Shown here one piece after another: positions 1 to 9,979 of a stretch of 64,000 nt of DNA. The translations under genes were made by a program, and so were the position numbers. How positions within the stretch are numbered: the first letter of the stretch is position 1; every line of letters begins with the position of its first letter. A model generated the notes under the pieces. It was not told the DNA's origin and ran no database searches. It saw only the letters and a program-made list of their open reading frames with translations. The stretch is from an uncultured bacterium (lineage in GTDB: Bacteria; Fidelibacterota; UBA2242), in the NCBI GenBank assembly GCA_964576275.1, contig CAZNUN010000003.1, positions 136,730 to 200,729 on the forward strand. The letters are read 5' to 3'.

Positions 1-1439
1 ATGGAGACGGCGACACAGAGGAGGATTTGGTCTGGGATGATACTCAAGAAGGCCCCCATCCCGGTTTCTTGTATGATGAAAATAATTACTGGTGGGTAAT
101 GGGTGACGACGAGGGCTACCGGGATCAGGAATCCTGGACGAATACACTCAAGGGGGATTTGGTCAACCAGATAAATCATAACCATCTTATCAAGACCGGA
201 TTTGAATTCAAATATCATCGCACCGCCGTCGAAAATGTCGCCTGGACTCTGGGTTATGGCACCTTTCGGAAAGACATCTGGGACCAGAATACTATTGACC
301 TCGGACTGTATGCCCAGGATAAAATCGAATTCCAGGGTATCATCGCCCTAATCGGTCTGCGTTATGACTATTTCGATCCGGCCGGCGGCGACGGTGGAAT
401 CACTTATCCGGCAGACTATAATAATCCTTATTCGACTCTGGATAGCAATGGCCTGCCGATCCTGATTGACGCCGCAGAACCGGCTGTCAAGTCACAGATC
501 AGTCCGCGCATTGCGATCTCACATCCGATCACAGATCGTGATGTCATTCACTTTTCTTACGGTCATTATTTCCAGCGTCCGGATGCCTATTTCCTCTATC
601 GTAATATGTATTTGCAGGATTTTACGAAGGTTGGTAACTATGTCGGTAATCCGAATATCGATCCGGAAAAAACGGTCGCCTACGAGATTGGTGTCGAGCA
701 CCTTTTCAGCGATAATGTCAAGGGATCGATCACCGGTTATTACAAAGACGTGACCAATCTGATGAACTGGTATAAGTACATCGGGGAAAACCTTCAGGGC
801 ATCGAGCTCAATGTCTATGGCAACGCTGACTATGGCAATATAAAAGGGTTGGAATTTGCCCTGACGAAAAGACTCGGCCGATACTGGGGCGGTTCGGTTA
901 ATTATACTTTTTCGGTTGCTAAAGGACGAGCCTCGACTTATAGCAGCGGGGCCGGGGGGTTCACAGATTCACGCAAACTGAATTATCTGAGTTACGATCA
1001 AACCCATACGATCAATGCTAACCTGACCCTGTGCACTCCAAACGAACCGGTTTTGGGTTTGCGATTTGGGAGTTATAAACCATTTGCAAACTGGCGGTCC
1101 AATTTTCAGTTCAAATATGGCAGCGGATTACCGTATTCCTCCTATGGCACTGGAAAAATCAATGACAAGCGTTTACCAGCAACATTCAATACAGATCTGA
1201 GATTAAGTAAGACGATTAACATTGCCAAGACAGATTTGAACCTTTTCCTGGATGTGTTCAACCTGTTTAACAGCCTCAATGTCGATTATCTCGGAAGCAC
1301 TTATCTTTACGAAACTGTCGAATCTCATGCAGTTGCGGCTGTGCGCGATGAAACAGCGCTGGGCGGTAGTGTTATATATAATCCTCAGGTTTACAGTGAC
1401 CGGCGGCAATATCGTTTCGGTGTGGAAGTGCAATTCTAA
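1..1439 (+). CDS. TonB-dependent receptor, C-terminal beta-barrel portion (5'-partial, runs off window start)
   Basis: The ORF is open back to nt 3. It has an alternating amphipathic beta-strand pattern, 'FDVFNLFN'-type barrel motifs and a C-terminal 'RFGVEVQF' ending in Phe, which is typical of a TBDR/OMP barrel terminus. Confidence 0.6.
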   Translation, partial: GDGDTEEDLVWDDTQEGPHPGFLYDENNYWWVMGDDEGYRDQESWTNTLKGDLVNQINHNHLIKTGFEFKYHRTAVENVAWTLGYGTFRKDIWDQNTIDLGLYAQDKIEFQGIIALIGLRYDYFDPAGGDGGITYPADYNNPYSTLDSNGLPILIDAAEPAVKSQISPRIAISHPITDRDVIHFSYGHYFQRPDAYFLYRNMYLQDFTKVGNYVGNPNIDPEKTVAYEIGVEHLFSDNVKGSITGYYKDVTNLMNWYKYIGENLQGIELNVYGNADYGNIKGLEFALTKRLGRYWGGSVNYTFSVAKGRASTYSSGAGGFTDSRKLNYLSYDQTHTINANLTLCTPNEPVLGLRFGSYKPFANWRSNFQFKYGSGLPYSSYGTGKINDKRLPATFNTDLRLSKTINIAKTDLNLFLDVFNLFNSLNVDYLGSTYLYETVESHAVAAVRDETALGGSVIYNPQVYSDRRQYRFGVEVQF

Positions 1440-1460
1440 GTGGGTGACGGAGGTTATTTA

Positions 1461-3512
1461 ATGAGACAGCAAGGTAAAAATATAGTTAAGATCTTATTAG
1501 TCGGTCTGATTATTTTCAATTTGGCGATGAGTGCCGACGGTTTACGTAAGCCGGATAAATTACCCCGACTTTCAATGGCGACCACCAGCCCGATCGTGGA
1601 TAATAATTTTAAATGGCATAAAGTCGGCAATATCTGGAATCGTTGCACAAATTTTAGTTATATGGGTGATGACTCATATACAGGTCGTACACCATCGGGA
1701 GATTATCCCGGCGGTTCCGGGAATTCTTATCTTTACCGCGGAACGATCTGGCTGTCGGCTTTTGTGGATGGCACTTTTCACTCAACGCAGGGTGATGACC
1801 ATGAGTTTTCGGCGCTGGATTCGGTGCATGTGGATACCAGTGCGACTGCTCGTTCGGATGAGGATACCTATACCAGATACTATGATGTTTCGGCCCCGCT
1901 GGCGTCGGCGCATTTCCCACTGGGTCTGGAGGTTCAGGAGCGCACTTATGCCTGGTCGGTCAGCTATGCGGCGGATTTCATCATTTACGAGTACACCATC
2001 AAGAATGTCGGGATTGACACCGATGGAGACGAAATTCCCGACACTCAGCGAGGTCTGAAGGACTTTTACTTTACGATCCGCTTTGACGCGGATGTCTCCA
2101 AATTGTTGCAGTGGGATGCTGAATCTAAATTTTGCAATATTGACGATCATGCTATGGCAAACAGTCAATGGAATTGGATAGAAAAATTTGCCGATCCGAG
2201 CGATCCAAACGATAATAAAAGTTGCATGGCTGGCCGCGATCACGATTTGACTGCCGCGGATGCCGACAGCCATATGATTATCATGTTCGACGGTGACAAT
2301 CCCGGTTATGCGGCCGATAATGGTTTATCTAACGATTTTGGTAATCCCGGGGCTGATAGTGTTTTGCAAACCCCTGGTTTTATCGGTATTAAAATGTTGA
2401 AAAGCGTTCCGGAACTGAAACCGAGTTCTTTTCATGTTTGCCAGATATATAATGATCCAGCTACAGACGCCGAAACCTGGTCGCGCATGATCAGTAGCCC
2501 GATTTTCGAAGATATATTTACCCACCCTACGACTGGTTTACCCTACGCCTATGATTTTCGCGGGATTCTGACATTTGGTCCACTGGATACTCTGGCACCA
2601 GGCGATTCAGTGGTCGTGACGACCGCTTTGGGCATTGGTTGTGATTTTGACAGCGGCGGAGTATATAGCTTGGTGAAGCTGGTTAAGATCATGGATGTGG
2701 CGCAGTATCTCGTTGACAATGATTATTCTCTTAATCCTGATGAAGTATGTCCGCCGGCGCCGAACGTTACCCTTGAGCAAAATGTTATCACCGATGCAGA
2801 ATTGGGTTATCAAGTCACGAACGGAGTGAAAATACTCTGGGACACGACTTCCGCTTCGCATGAAAATTTTAAGGAATACAAGGTTTCCAAAGGCCAGAAA
2901 AACACCACCGGTTCGATCGACTGGTCCATTATGGCAACCTATACCGATACTGTCGGCAGCACTTCCTGGCCGCCGCCGAAGAGTGAAGATGGAACTCACT
3001 ATCAGCTGGTTGACACTGATGTGATAAAAGGGTTGGTGTACTACTATTCAGTTCAGGCTTTCACAAATAATATTACCGAACCAATTCCATTTGGGGTTTT
3101 ACATACCAACATCATTGATGCCAAGAGTTGTAAACTGATCGCACCAGCTAATCCGGTTGCCCTAACGACTCTGAAAAATGTCAAGGTTGTCCCCAATCCA
3201 TACATCGGCAGCGCCAGGTGGAATAATCCTACTCCCAGCGACGGCAGTCCGTGGCAACATCGCGTGCAGTTTACCAATCTGCCGTCTGACGCTAAGATTA
3301 AAATATTTACGCTTGATGGAGATTATGTAGCTGAAATCAAAGCCAATGAAACGGTTGTAGCCGGCGAGGAGGATGCTCCTAATGCCGCCAGTGTCGCCGA
3401 GTGGGATCTGATGACCCGCAATAATCAGGAAGCCGCTCCCGGAATTTACATGTACGTGGTTCAATCGCCGACTCTGGGTGAAAAAGTCGGCAAATTCGTA
3501 ATCGTTCGTTAA
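1461..3512 (+). CDS. large secreted hypothetical protein with C-terminal T9SS-type sorting domain (putative T9SS cargo)
   Basis: GGAGGT RBS 5 nt before ATG 1461. The N-terminus is a hydrophobic signal peptide (KILLVGLIIFNLAMSA). The C-terminal roughly 100 aa ('KIKIFTLDGDYV...WDLMTRNNQEAAPGIYMYVVQS...KFVIVR') resemble T9SS/Por C-terminal domains. The body has no recognisable catalytic motif. Confidence 0.5.
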   Translation: MRQQGKNIVKILLVGLIIFNLAMSADGLRKPDKLPRLSMATTSPIVDNNFKWHKVGNIWNRCTNFSYMGDDSYTGRTPSGDYPGGSGNSYLYRGTIWLSAFVDGTFHSTQGDDHEFSALDSVHVDTSATARSDEDTYTRYYDVSAPLASAHFPLGLEVQERTYAWSVSYAADFIIYEYTIKNVGIDTDGDEIPDTQRGLKDFYFTIRFDADVSKLLQWDAESKFCNIDDHAMANSQWNWIEKFADPSDPNDNKSCMAGRDHDLTAADADSHMIIMFDGDNPGYAADNGLSNDFGNPGADSVLQTPGFIGIKMLKSVPELKPSSFHVCQIYNDPATDAETWSRMISSPIFEDIFTHPTTGLPYAYDFRGILTFGPLDTLAPGDSVVVTTALGIGCDFDSGGVYSLVKLVKIMDVAQYLVDNDYSLNPDEVCPPAPNVTLEQNVITDAELGYQVTNGVKILWDTTSASHENFKEYKVSKGQKNTTGSIDWSIMATYTDTVGSTSWPPPKSEDGTHYQLVDTDVIKGLVYYYSVQAFTNNITEPIPFGVLHTNIIDAKSCKLIAPANPVALTTLKNVKVVPNPYIGSARWNNPTPSDGSPWQHRVQFTNLPSDAKIKIFTLDGDYVAEIKANETVVAGEEDAPNAASVAEWDLMTRNNQEAAPGIYMYVVQSPTLGEKVGKFVIVR

Positions 3513-3537
3513 CATGATAATCAGAGAGGAAAATACT

Positions 3538-4521
3538 ATGAAACGAAATAATACAGTTCTTTTTGCCTTGATGATCGTCCTGTTAATTGGTTCCCGGGGC
3601 TACACAGCGGAATTTGCGCCGGTAGGGACCGCCGTTGCTCAATTTCTGGAAATCGGCGTCGGAGCCCAGGCAGCGGGTATGGGTGAAGCTTTTACGGTGG
3701 TTGCCAATGATGCCAGCGCAGTTTTCTGGAATCCGGCTTGTTTGGTAGACGCCGGCAATCGCAATCTGTTCAGCGCCTATAATCAATGGCCGGCCGACAT
3801 CGCCTTCGCCGGTTTGGCCTATTCAATGAAATTAGGCCGGATCGGAACAGTTGCTGTCAGCGGCGTTTACCTGATGACCGATGACATGGAAGTCACCACC
3901 ATTGAACAATCGGAAGGCACCGGTGAGATGTTTAGCCTGATTAATTATGCCCTGGGATTGTCGTACGCCCGATTCCTGACCGATCGGGTTTCGGTTGGCC
4001 TTACCGCGAAAATGGTCAGCGAAGATTACTTCGGTTATGGCTATGACACCTGGGCAATAGATCTGGGAACCGTGTACCGCACCTCCTTTCATGGCTTGAA
4101 GCTCGGCATGTCGATCATGCATTTTGCTCCGGAAGTGCAATTCAGCGGGACTTATTATGATTATAGTGAATCTGACAGCATCAAAGAAAAGAAATTCGAG
4201 ACCTACTCTTTGCCAATGAATTTCCGGTTTGGCGTGAGTATGAATTTACTGGAAACGACCAACCATAAAATTCTGCTGGCCGCCGATCTGATTCATACCA
4301 ATAACAATCTCGAGCAGTATAATCTGGGACTCGAATATTCTTTCATGAAAATGTTCTGTCTGCGGAGTGGCTACAAAATGACGACCGACGAAGGCGGGCT
4401 GACATTCGGAGCCGGTGTGAAGATAAGAATGGGGGAACTGGGATTGAATGCCGATTATGCCTATTCCGACCTGGGCATCCTGAAAGGTGCTCACCGGGTT
4501 TCATTAGGCATCGCTTTTTAA
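3538..4521 (+). CDS. PorV/PorQ-like outer-membrane beta-barrel protein
   Basis: RBS GAGAGGA before ATG 3538, followed by a signal peptide. The N-terminal motif 'GVGAQAAGMGEAFTVVANDASAVFWNPA' is characteristic of the PorV/PorQ (UPF0164-like) family. The C-terminus ends '...SLGIAF' with a terminal Phe. The gene sits between two T9SS-CTD cargo genes. Confidence 0.5.
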   Translation: MKRNNTVLFALMIVLLIGSRGYTAEFAPVGTAVAQFLEIGVGAQAAGMGEAFTVVANDASAVFWNPACLVDAGNRNLFSAYNQWPADIAFAGLAYSMKLGRIGTVAVSGVYLMTDDMEVTTIEQSEGTGEMFSLINYALGLSYARFLTDRVSVGLTAKMVSEDYFGYGYDTWAIDLGTVYRTSFHGLKLGMSIMHFAPEVQFSGTYYDYSESDSIKEKKFETYSLPMNFRFGVSMNLLETTNHKILLAADLIHTNNNLEQYNLGLEYSFMKMFCLRSGYKMTTDEGGLTFGAGVKIRMGELGLNADYAYSDLGILKGAHRVSLGIAF

Positions 4522-4560
4522 AATATTTAGGAGTTATTATTAACAAAACAGGAGGTATGC

Positions 4561-7197
4561 ATGAAGAAGCTTGTTACTGTTTTTTGCGTGTTGTCTCTGG
4601 CGTTGTTGGCTTATAGCTACGCCGGGATAACCGGTTTCACCCGTGGCGGTGAAATTGCTGTTCCGGAAGCCACTCTGAATAATGGCGGCATCGGGAACAT
4701 GGTTTCAGGCGTCGACCTGGATGGCGACGGCAAGACCGAAATCTATTTGGTAAATGACAACTGGAACGATGGCCCCACGGAGGTTATCCCGCGGATCTAT
4801 AAATTAGAGAATAGCGGCACATCCTGGGACATTGTCTGGCAATCCAAACTTGATCCATTTTATCAGAACACTTGGCCGGTTCTCGTGCTGACCGATCTTG
4901 ACGGTGATTCGAAACAGGAACTGACCTGGATGCCGGTTAATTCCTTCTCTGTTTCGACTAATCCGGTGAGAGTGGCGGTCTATGAGCAGGCGACCGGTGA
5001 TGTCCTGGGGGTTGACGATGGCGCCGGCGGTTATAAGCCAAATTCGACCTGGACCATCACAACAACCGAAAGTCTCAACATTCGTCCAATCGATGCCGAG
5101 GCTGTTGATATTGATAGCGACGGCAAAACAGAAATTATTTTTGCCGATCGCGCTGGTAAGACCAGCGGTTACTACGGAGCGGTCATCTCAGTCAGCGATA
5201 TTCCGGATAATGGCGATGCTTCCGAGACCTGGTCCTTGGAAGTTACCGGTGTTGATCTTAGTATGACGACTGCGGCCGAAAATAAATGGGACGTGGTGGT
5301 CATTGACAACCGGGCCTATTTCTTTTCTGAAACCGAAGTTAGTTTAATTTCTTACAGCGGCTCCGGCTGGACATACACGGCTTTGAATCCTTTGGTCGGT
5401 GGTTCGCCTGTGCAGTCGGCCCAGGCCGTTGATCTCGACAAAGACGGCACGAAAGAAATCGTTTGCGCCGTTTATGACTGGGGCGATGACACAAAGAAAG
5501 GCATCTATCTTCTCCAGGAAGTTGCCGATACCTTAAAACCGACCGAGCTTTTTAATCTTTCGGCTAATTGGCCGGACGGCGTACGCGGTCCCTGGGGCGG
5601 CGCCAGCGGTGACATTGATAATGACGGCAATCTGGATTTTGTATACGGCTCAAGAGCTTCGACTCCTAACGCCCTGATTACCTGTATGTCATATTTGGGT
5701 GGCGACATCACCAATCCGGCGAATTATGAACTGATGCTGATCGATTCACTATATTCTGCAACCGCGGCTGACGGCATTTGGTCGGTTCTTAATATTGCCA
5801 ATGTGGACGACGATCCGGAAAAGGAAGTCCTATATACATCCAGTACATCGATCGGAGGTATTTTCGCTTCCTCAGCGCCAGTCGTTATTCTGGATGCGGC
5901 TGTGACCGGCGGAGGCTCGGAGCTGGGACAATTAAGCGTCGTCACGGATCTGGACTCGCTGGGGATGAGATTTAAACCCGGCCGCATTCTGGACAATGGC
6001 CAGACCATCTGGGTAACGGCTCTGGCGAGTGATGTTTTCGGGAATAATACTTATGCCTATTTATCTACTGATGGCGGAGCAACCTTTACTCAGAGCGCGG
6101 CCATTAGTGGTCACCGCGCCGCTCAGATCGACGCTTTTGATGCCAATATTGCTTTAGTGGTATCGGCTGAAGGTTCTATATGGAGAACTGACAATGGCGG
6201 CAGCAGTTGGACCGAAGTTCACTCGTATTCCGGTGGCTGGTTCGATGGCGTGCGTGTGCTAAACGACAGTGTCGCCGTAGCCTATGGCGATGGTATGTAT
6301 TTTTGTCGTACAACTGATAAAGGCGCGACCTGGACAGCGATTTCCGGAATTGATTACAAGGATGCGATAGAAGCTATTTACTCGTACGGTATGGCGGCTT
6401 ATAATATCGGAGAGACGGCCTGGTTTACCGCTTATCCGGCCAGTGGCGGGACTATGGCCTATATCTTTAAAACCGAGGATGCTGGTGTAACCTGGAGTAC
6501 CATTGAAATTCCTGTCGAAATTTCCAAAGCTCGTCAGCTCTATGGTATTTCATTTACCGATGTCAACATCGGAATGGCCAATGCCAATGGTAAAAAACCT
6601 ATCTATACCACTGATGGCGGAGCGACCTGGGATAGCTGCGCGACCAATCCAGGCGCAGACGGTGATGCCTGGGTCAATGCAGTCGTAGCCTTGCCGGATG
6701 AAGACATTTTCATTGCCCTGTGTGATTATGAATTGTACTTTACGGCCGATTTGGGCGACTCATGGGTTAAGATGGAAACTCCAGCCAATACCGACGATGA
6801 GTACTTTATCTCAGCTGTCGTATTAGATAGAGAAAATGCACTCTTTATGACTCAGCAGGGAACCGCCTTGCAGTTCGGTGCCGGATCTGGTATTGTACCA
6901 AAACATTCCGAAATACTGAATAATTTTCAGATTCACCAGAACTATCCCAATCCGTTCAATGCCACGACGAATTTCGAGTTCGATGTCCCGTCTGAGAATC
7001 TTGTTTCTCTGACGATTTACGATATGCTTGGCAAGGAAATCATCAGGCTGGTGGATCAGAAAATGGCGGCCGGCAACTATATGGCGACCTGGAATGGTCT
7101 GGATCGCAATGGCCGTCAGATGGCGACCGGTATCTATTTCTATGCCCTGAAAATCGGCAATATTACTAAGGTCAAACGCATGACCCTGATTAAATAA
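4561..7197 (+). CDS. secreted FG-GAP-like / BNR (Asp-box) repeat protein with canonical T9SS type-A C-terminal sorting domain
   Basis: Signal peptide MKKLVTVFCVLSLALLAYSYAG. It has repeated 'DLDGDGKTEI / DIDSDGKTEI / DLDKDGTKEI / DIDNDGNLDF' FG-GAP/Ca-binding-like motifs. It has multiple BNR Asp-boxes (TDGGATF, TDNGGSSWT, TDKGATWT, TEDAGVTWS, TTDGGATWD). The C-terminus 'NYPNPFNATTNFEF...LTIYDMLGKEI...GIYFYALKIG...KRMTLIK' is TIGR04183-like. Confidence 0.65.
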   Translation: MKKLVTVFCVLSLALLAYSYAGITGFTRGGEIAVPEATLNNGGIGNMVSGVDLDGDGKTEIYLVNDNWNDGPTEVIPRIYKLENSGTSWDIVWQSKLDPFYQNTWPVLVLTDLDGDSKQELTWMPVNSFSVSTNPVRVAVYEQATGDVLGVDDGAGGYKPNSTWTITTTESLNIRPIDAEAVDIDSDGKTEIIFADRAGKTSGYYGAVISVSDIPDNGDASETWSLEVTGVDLSMTTAAENKWDVVVIDNRAYFFSETEVSLISYSGSGWTYTALNPLVGGSPVQSAQAVDLDKDGTKEIVCAVYDWGDDTKKGIYLLQEVADTLKPTELFNLSANWPDGVRGPWGGASGDIDNDGNLDFVYGSRASTPNALITCMSYLGGDITNPANYELMLIDSLYSATAADGIWSVLNIANVDDDPEKEVLYTSSTSIGGIFASSAPVVILDAAVTGGGSELGQLSVVTDLDSLGMRFKPGRILDNGQTIWVTALASDVFGNNTYAYLSTDGGATFTQSAAISGHRAAQIDAFDANIALVVSAEGSIWRTDNGGSSWTEVHSYSGGWFDGVRVLNDSVAVAYGDGMYFCRTTDKGATWTAISGIDYKDAIEAIYSYGMAAYNIGETAWFTAYPASGGTMAYIFKTEDAGVTWSTIEIPVEISKARQLYGISFTDVNIGMANANGKKPIYTTDGGATWDSCATNPGADGDAWVNAVVALPDEDIFIALCDYELYFTADLGDSWVKMETPANTDDEYFISAVVLDRENALFMTQQGTALQFGAGSGIVPKHSEILNNFQIHQNYPNPFNATTNFEFDVPSENLVSLTIYDMLGKEIIRLVDQKMAAGNYMATWNGLDRNGRQMATGIYFYALKIGNITKVKRMTLIK

Positions 7198-7220
7198 TCC
7201 GTTTTTCAAAATCATAAAAA

Positions 7221-7246
7221 AGGGCGGGAGTTCCCGCCCTATTTTA
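7221..7246. terminator. bidirectional rho-independent terminator between convergent genes
   Basis: A perfect 9-bp stem AGGGCGGGA (7221-7229) pairs with TCCCGCCCT (7232-7240) around a 2-nt loop. It is preceded by an A6 run and followed by ATTTTATT, so it can terminate on both strands. Confidence 0.7.
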
Positions 7247-8203
7247 TTGGATTGTTTCGTCCGCCTGTCGTAACAGTTCAGGCGGTAAAGCAAGACTGAA
7301 TGACCGGGCTATTTTCTGATTCAGGATGATGGTTTTACTGATTGCCGGACGGACAGGGTTTTTCGGAAGTGTATGATTTTTTATAATTGTTGCGGCCAGA
7401 GTTCCGCTTTCGCGTCCCCAATCTTTATAAGAAATCCCAATTCCGGCCAAAGCGCCCTTGCGGACTTCCCCAGGCTCGGTGATAAAGATCGGGATTTTAT
7501 GCTCGAAAGACACTTTTACCAAAGCGTCCATAGCCAGAGCAATGGTGTTATCGGCGGTCACAGCAAAAGCGTCCACCTTTTTTCGCGACAGAGACTGGGC
7601 GGCCTGCAAGACGTCATTGGAGGAAGCCACCACCACAACCTCGACCGCCAGATTCTGGTGCAGACATTCGATCTGAAGCCGTTCGGCGGCATACTGGGAA
7701 TTGGCTTCGGCGGGATTGAAAGGCAGTCCGATGCGCTGACAGCTTGGCAGGACCGATTTAATCATTTCAACGAAAAATTCCATATCCAGCGGATCATAAA
7801 CCCCAGCGACGTTTGAGTCGGTCAGAGCAAGTCCGATCTGTTCCGGACTGAATGCCACCGTGAAAACGATCGGAATATCATGAATGGCCTGCACGGCTGC
7901 GACCATACAGGGCGTGCCGACTGTAACGATCAGATTGACTTTGGCAGTGCGAAAAGATTGCAGGATCAGGTTGATATTCGGTATCTCTCCCTGGGCATTC
8001 CGGTAAAGAATGCGAATATTCCTGCCTTCAACGAATCCGGAATCCAGTAAAGTTGAAATCAGGGCTGTACGCGCCTCGTCCAAAAGCGGATTTTCGGTGA
8101 TTTGAACGATTCCGATAGTATATATTTCGGATTGAGGGGCTTTACTGCAAGACGATAAAAATCCGAAAATAATCATCAGAATCGCGATCGAATGATTTTT
8201 CAT
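7244..8203 (-). CDS. ABC transporter substrate-binding lipoprotein (PF04392/ABC_sub_bind-like), orphan
   Basis: Lipoprotein signal 'ILMIIFGFLSSC'. The 'IYTIGIVQITENPLLDEAR...LIVTVGTP' pattern is typical of the BMP/ABC_sub_bind family. A GGAG lies 8 nt upstream of the internal ATG at 8203. No permease or ATPase is adjacent. Confidence 0.55.
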   Translation of the reverse strand: MKNHSIAILMIIFGFLSSCSKAPQSEIYTIGIVQITENPLLDEARTALISTLLDSGFVEGRNIRILYRNAQGEIPNINLILQSFRTAKVNLIVTVGTPCMVAAVQAIHDIPIVFTVAFSPEQIGLALTDSNVAGVYDPLDMEFFVEMIKSVLPSCQRIGLPFNPAEANSQYAAERLQIECLHQNLAVEVVVVASSNDVLQAAQSLSRKKVDAFAVTADNTIALAMDALVKVSFEHKIPIFITEPGEVRKGALAGIGISYKDWGRESGTLAATIIKNHTLPKNPVRPAISKTIILNQKIARSFSLALPPELLRQADETIQ

Positions 8204-8293
8204 GGTTGAAACTCCGGATTGCATTTTCGGCGAAATTAAAACTGTCAGGTAAGTTTTAAAAGAGATTTGTGTTAGATTACGAGAGTAATAATT

Positions 8294-9973
8294 ATGAAAA
8301 TTTATCTCGTTCAGCCGCCAATTGAAGATTTCTATGCAACCCCGCTGCGTAATATTCCCTACGGCCTGTTGTCAATCGCGGCTTCTTTAAAGGGGCACGA
8401 GATTGTTTTGCTGGATTTACGACAGGGCAAGCCGCACCGCCGCGCCGTGCCGCCGGAACTGCAACCGGTGCAAAAATTTTATCGCCCGGAAGACGCTTCG
8501 CCGTTTGGATTGTATAAAGCCTTTTACCGGTTTGGCTTTTCCGGCGCCGAACTATCGTCACACATTCCGAACGACGGCGATATCTATTTGGTCTCGAGTC
8601 TTTTCACGACTTATGCCGCCACGGTGTTTGAATTATTTGGCCTGATCCGGGAAAAAAATCGCTTGGCTAAGATCGTCGCCGGCGGAGCCCATGCAACGAT
8701 CCGGCCGGAGGAAATATTGCGGCACGGGGCGGATTTTGTCATTCGCGGCGAAGGCGAAGTTGCCCTGCCTAAATTGGTCGCTGAACTGAATAAAAACACG
8801 CCGCAGTTCGCGGAAATTCCCAATCTTTCCTGGCAGGATAGCAACGGTAATTTCTGGCATAATCCGGTAAAATTGATCGAAAACTTGAACGTCCTGCCGT
8901 TTGCCGATTATCAGATTACCGGCGTACCGGATTATCGTCACCACGGGCGACCGCATGTCATGCTGGCTGCCAGCCGGGGCTGTCCGCATCGCTGCGCGTT
9001 TTGCTGCATTCATCAGACGATGGGCGGCCGTTACCGAATGCGTTCGGTGGACAATGTGCTGTCCGAAATGACTGAAAAAATTGCTCAGGGCGTCCGGTCG
9101 TTCGATTTCGAGGACGATCATCTCGGCGGAGACCGGGACTGGTTTGTGGCGTTGTTACAAGGTATCCGGGAACGTTTTACCGGACTGGATATAGCTCTGC
9201 ATGCCATGAATGGTATTACAGCCGAGAATCTGGATGAGGAGATTCTGACGGCGATGTGGGCAGCTGGATTCCGCACGTTGAATCTGGCTTTGGTGACGCC
9301 TTCTGAAAGGCGTCAGAAGCATTTGAACCGCCCGTTTGGAACAGAAAAATATCTGGAGGTCTATACCGCTGCTCGCCGAATAGGCTTTTTTATTACGACT
9401 TATCTGATTATCGGATTGCCCGGCGACCAAGCTGAGGAATTACTCCGCTCGGTTTTATTTTTAGCCCCGCTGGCGACGCTGATCGGACCGTCTTTATTTT
9501 ATTTGGTGCCAGAAACACAAACCTTCAATCGTTTGGTCCGCCTGAACAAAATTCCCGATTCGCCGCTGTGCTATCGGTCTTCCTTTTATCCAATTGACAG
9601 TCAGGATTGCAGCCGTTGCGCGGCGATGACTCTATTCCGGATTTGCCGGATATTGAATTTCATGCATGCAGTGATTGATTCCGACCCGCGCCCGTTGTTA
9701 CAGATAAATGACGATCGGCTTATTATCGATAGAACTATGGATCCCCGCACCGTACGCCTGAATTTGGGGCTCGGATTGCTGAAATTATTTTTCCGGCACG
9801 GCAGCATCTACGGCACGGCGCGTTGGCGCGACGGCGGCTATCCCATAGTCGCAGAGGAAGCCGATCGGCGTATTCTTGATCTTTTTATGAAAGAATCTTG
9901 GCGGATCAGCGGGCTCCGTCGCTCCGCGATTCTAGGCCGGGATGAATTTATCGGAAAATATCTGGGTGGTTAA
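8294..9973 (+). CDS. B12-binding domain-containing radical SAM protein
   Basis: N-terminal B12-binding-like region (IYLVQPP...LLSIAASLKGHEIVLLD). Canonical CX3CX2C radical-SAM cluster motif 'CPHRCAFC'. Length 559 aa. Confidence 0.7.
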   Translation: MKIYLVQPPIEDFYATPLRNIPYGLLSIAASLKGHEIVLLDLRQGKPHRRAVPPELQPVQKFYRPEDASPFGLYKAFYRFGFSGAELSSHIPNDGDIYLVSSLFTTYAATVFELFGLIREKNRLAKIVAGGAHATIRPEEILRHGADFVIRGEGEVALPKLVAELNKNTPQFAEIPNLSWQDSNGNFWHNPVKLIENLNVLPFADYQITGVPDYRHHGRPHVMLAASRGCPHRCAFCCIHQTMGGRYRMRSVDNVLSEMTEKIAQGVRSFDFEDDHLGGDRDWFVALLQGIRERFTGLDIALHAMNGITAENLDEEILTAMWAAGFRTLNLALVTPSERRQKHLNRPFGTEKYLEVYTAARRIGFFITTYLIIGLPGDQAEELLRSVLFLAPLATLIGPSLFYLVPETQTFNRLVRLNKIPDSPLCYRSSFYPIDSQDCSRCAAMTLFRICRILNFMHAVIDSDPRPLLQINDDRLIIDRTMDPRTVRLNLGLGLLKLFFRHGSIYGTARWRDGGYPIVAEEADRRILDLFMKESWRISGLRRSAILGRDEFIGKYLGG

Positions 9974-9979
9974 GACCGA

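Noticed and set aside
1531-2273. Overlapping ORFs 1531..2058(+) and 1782..2273(-) within the first T9SS cargo gene
   Set aside because: They are alternate-frame or antisense artefacts with Arg/Trp-rich unnatural composition. The in-frame 690-aa product has a signal peptide and CTD.
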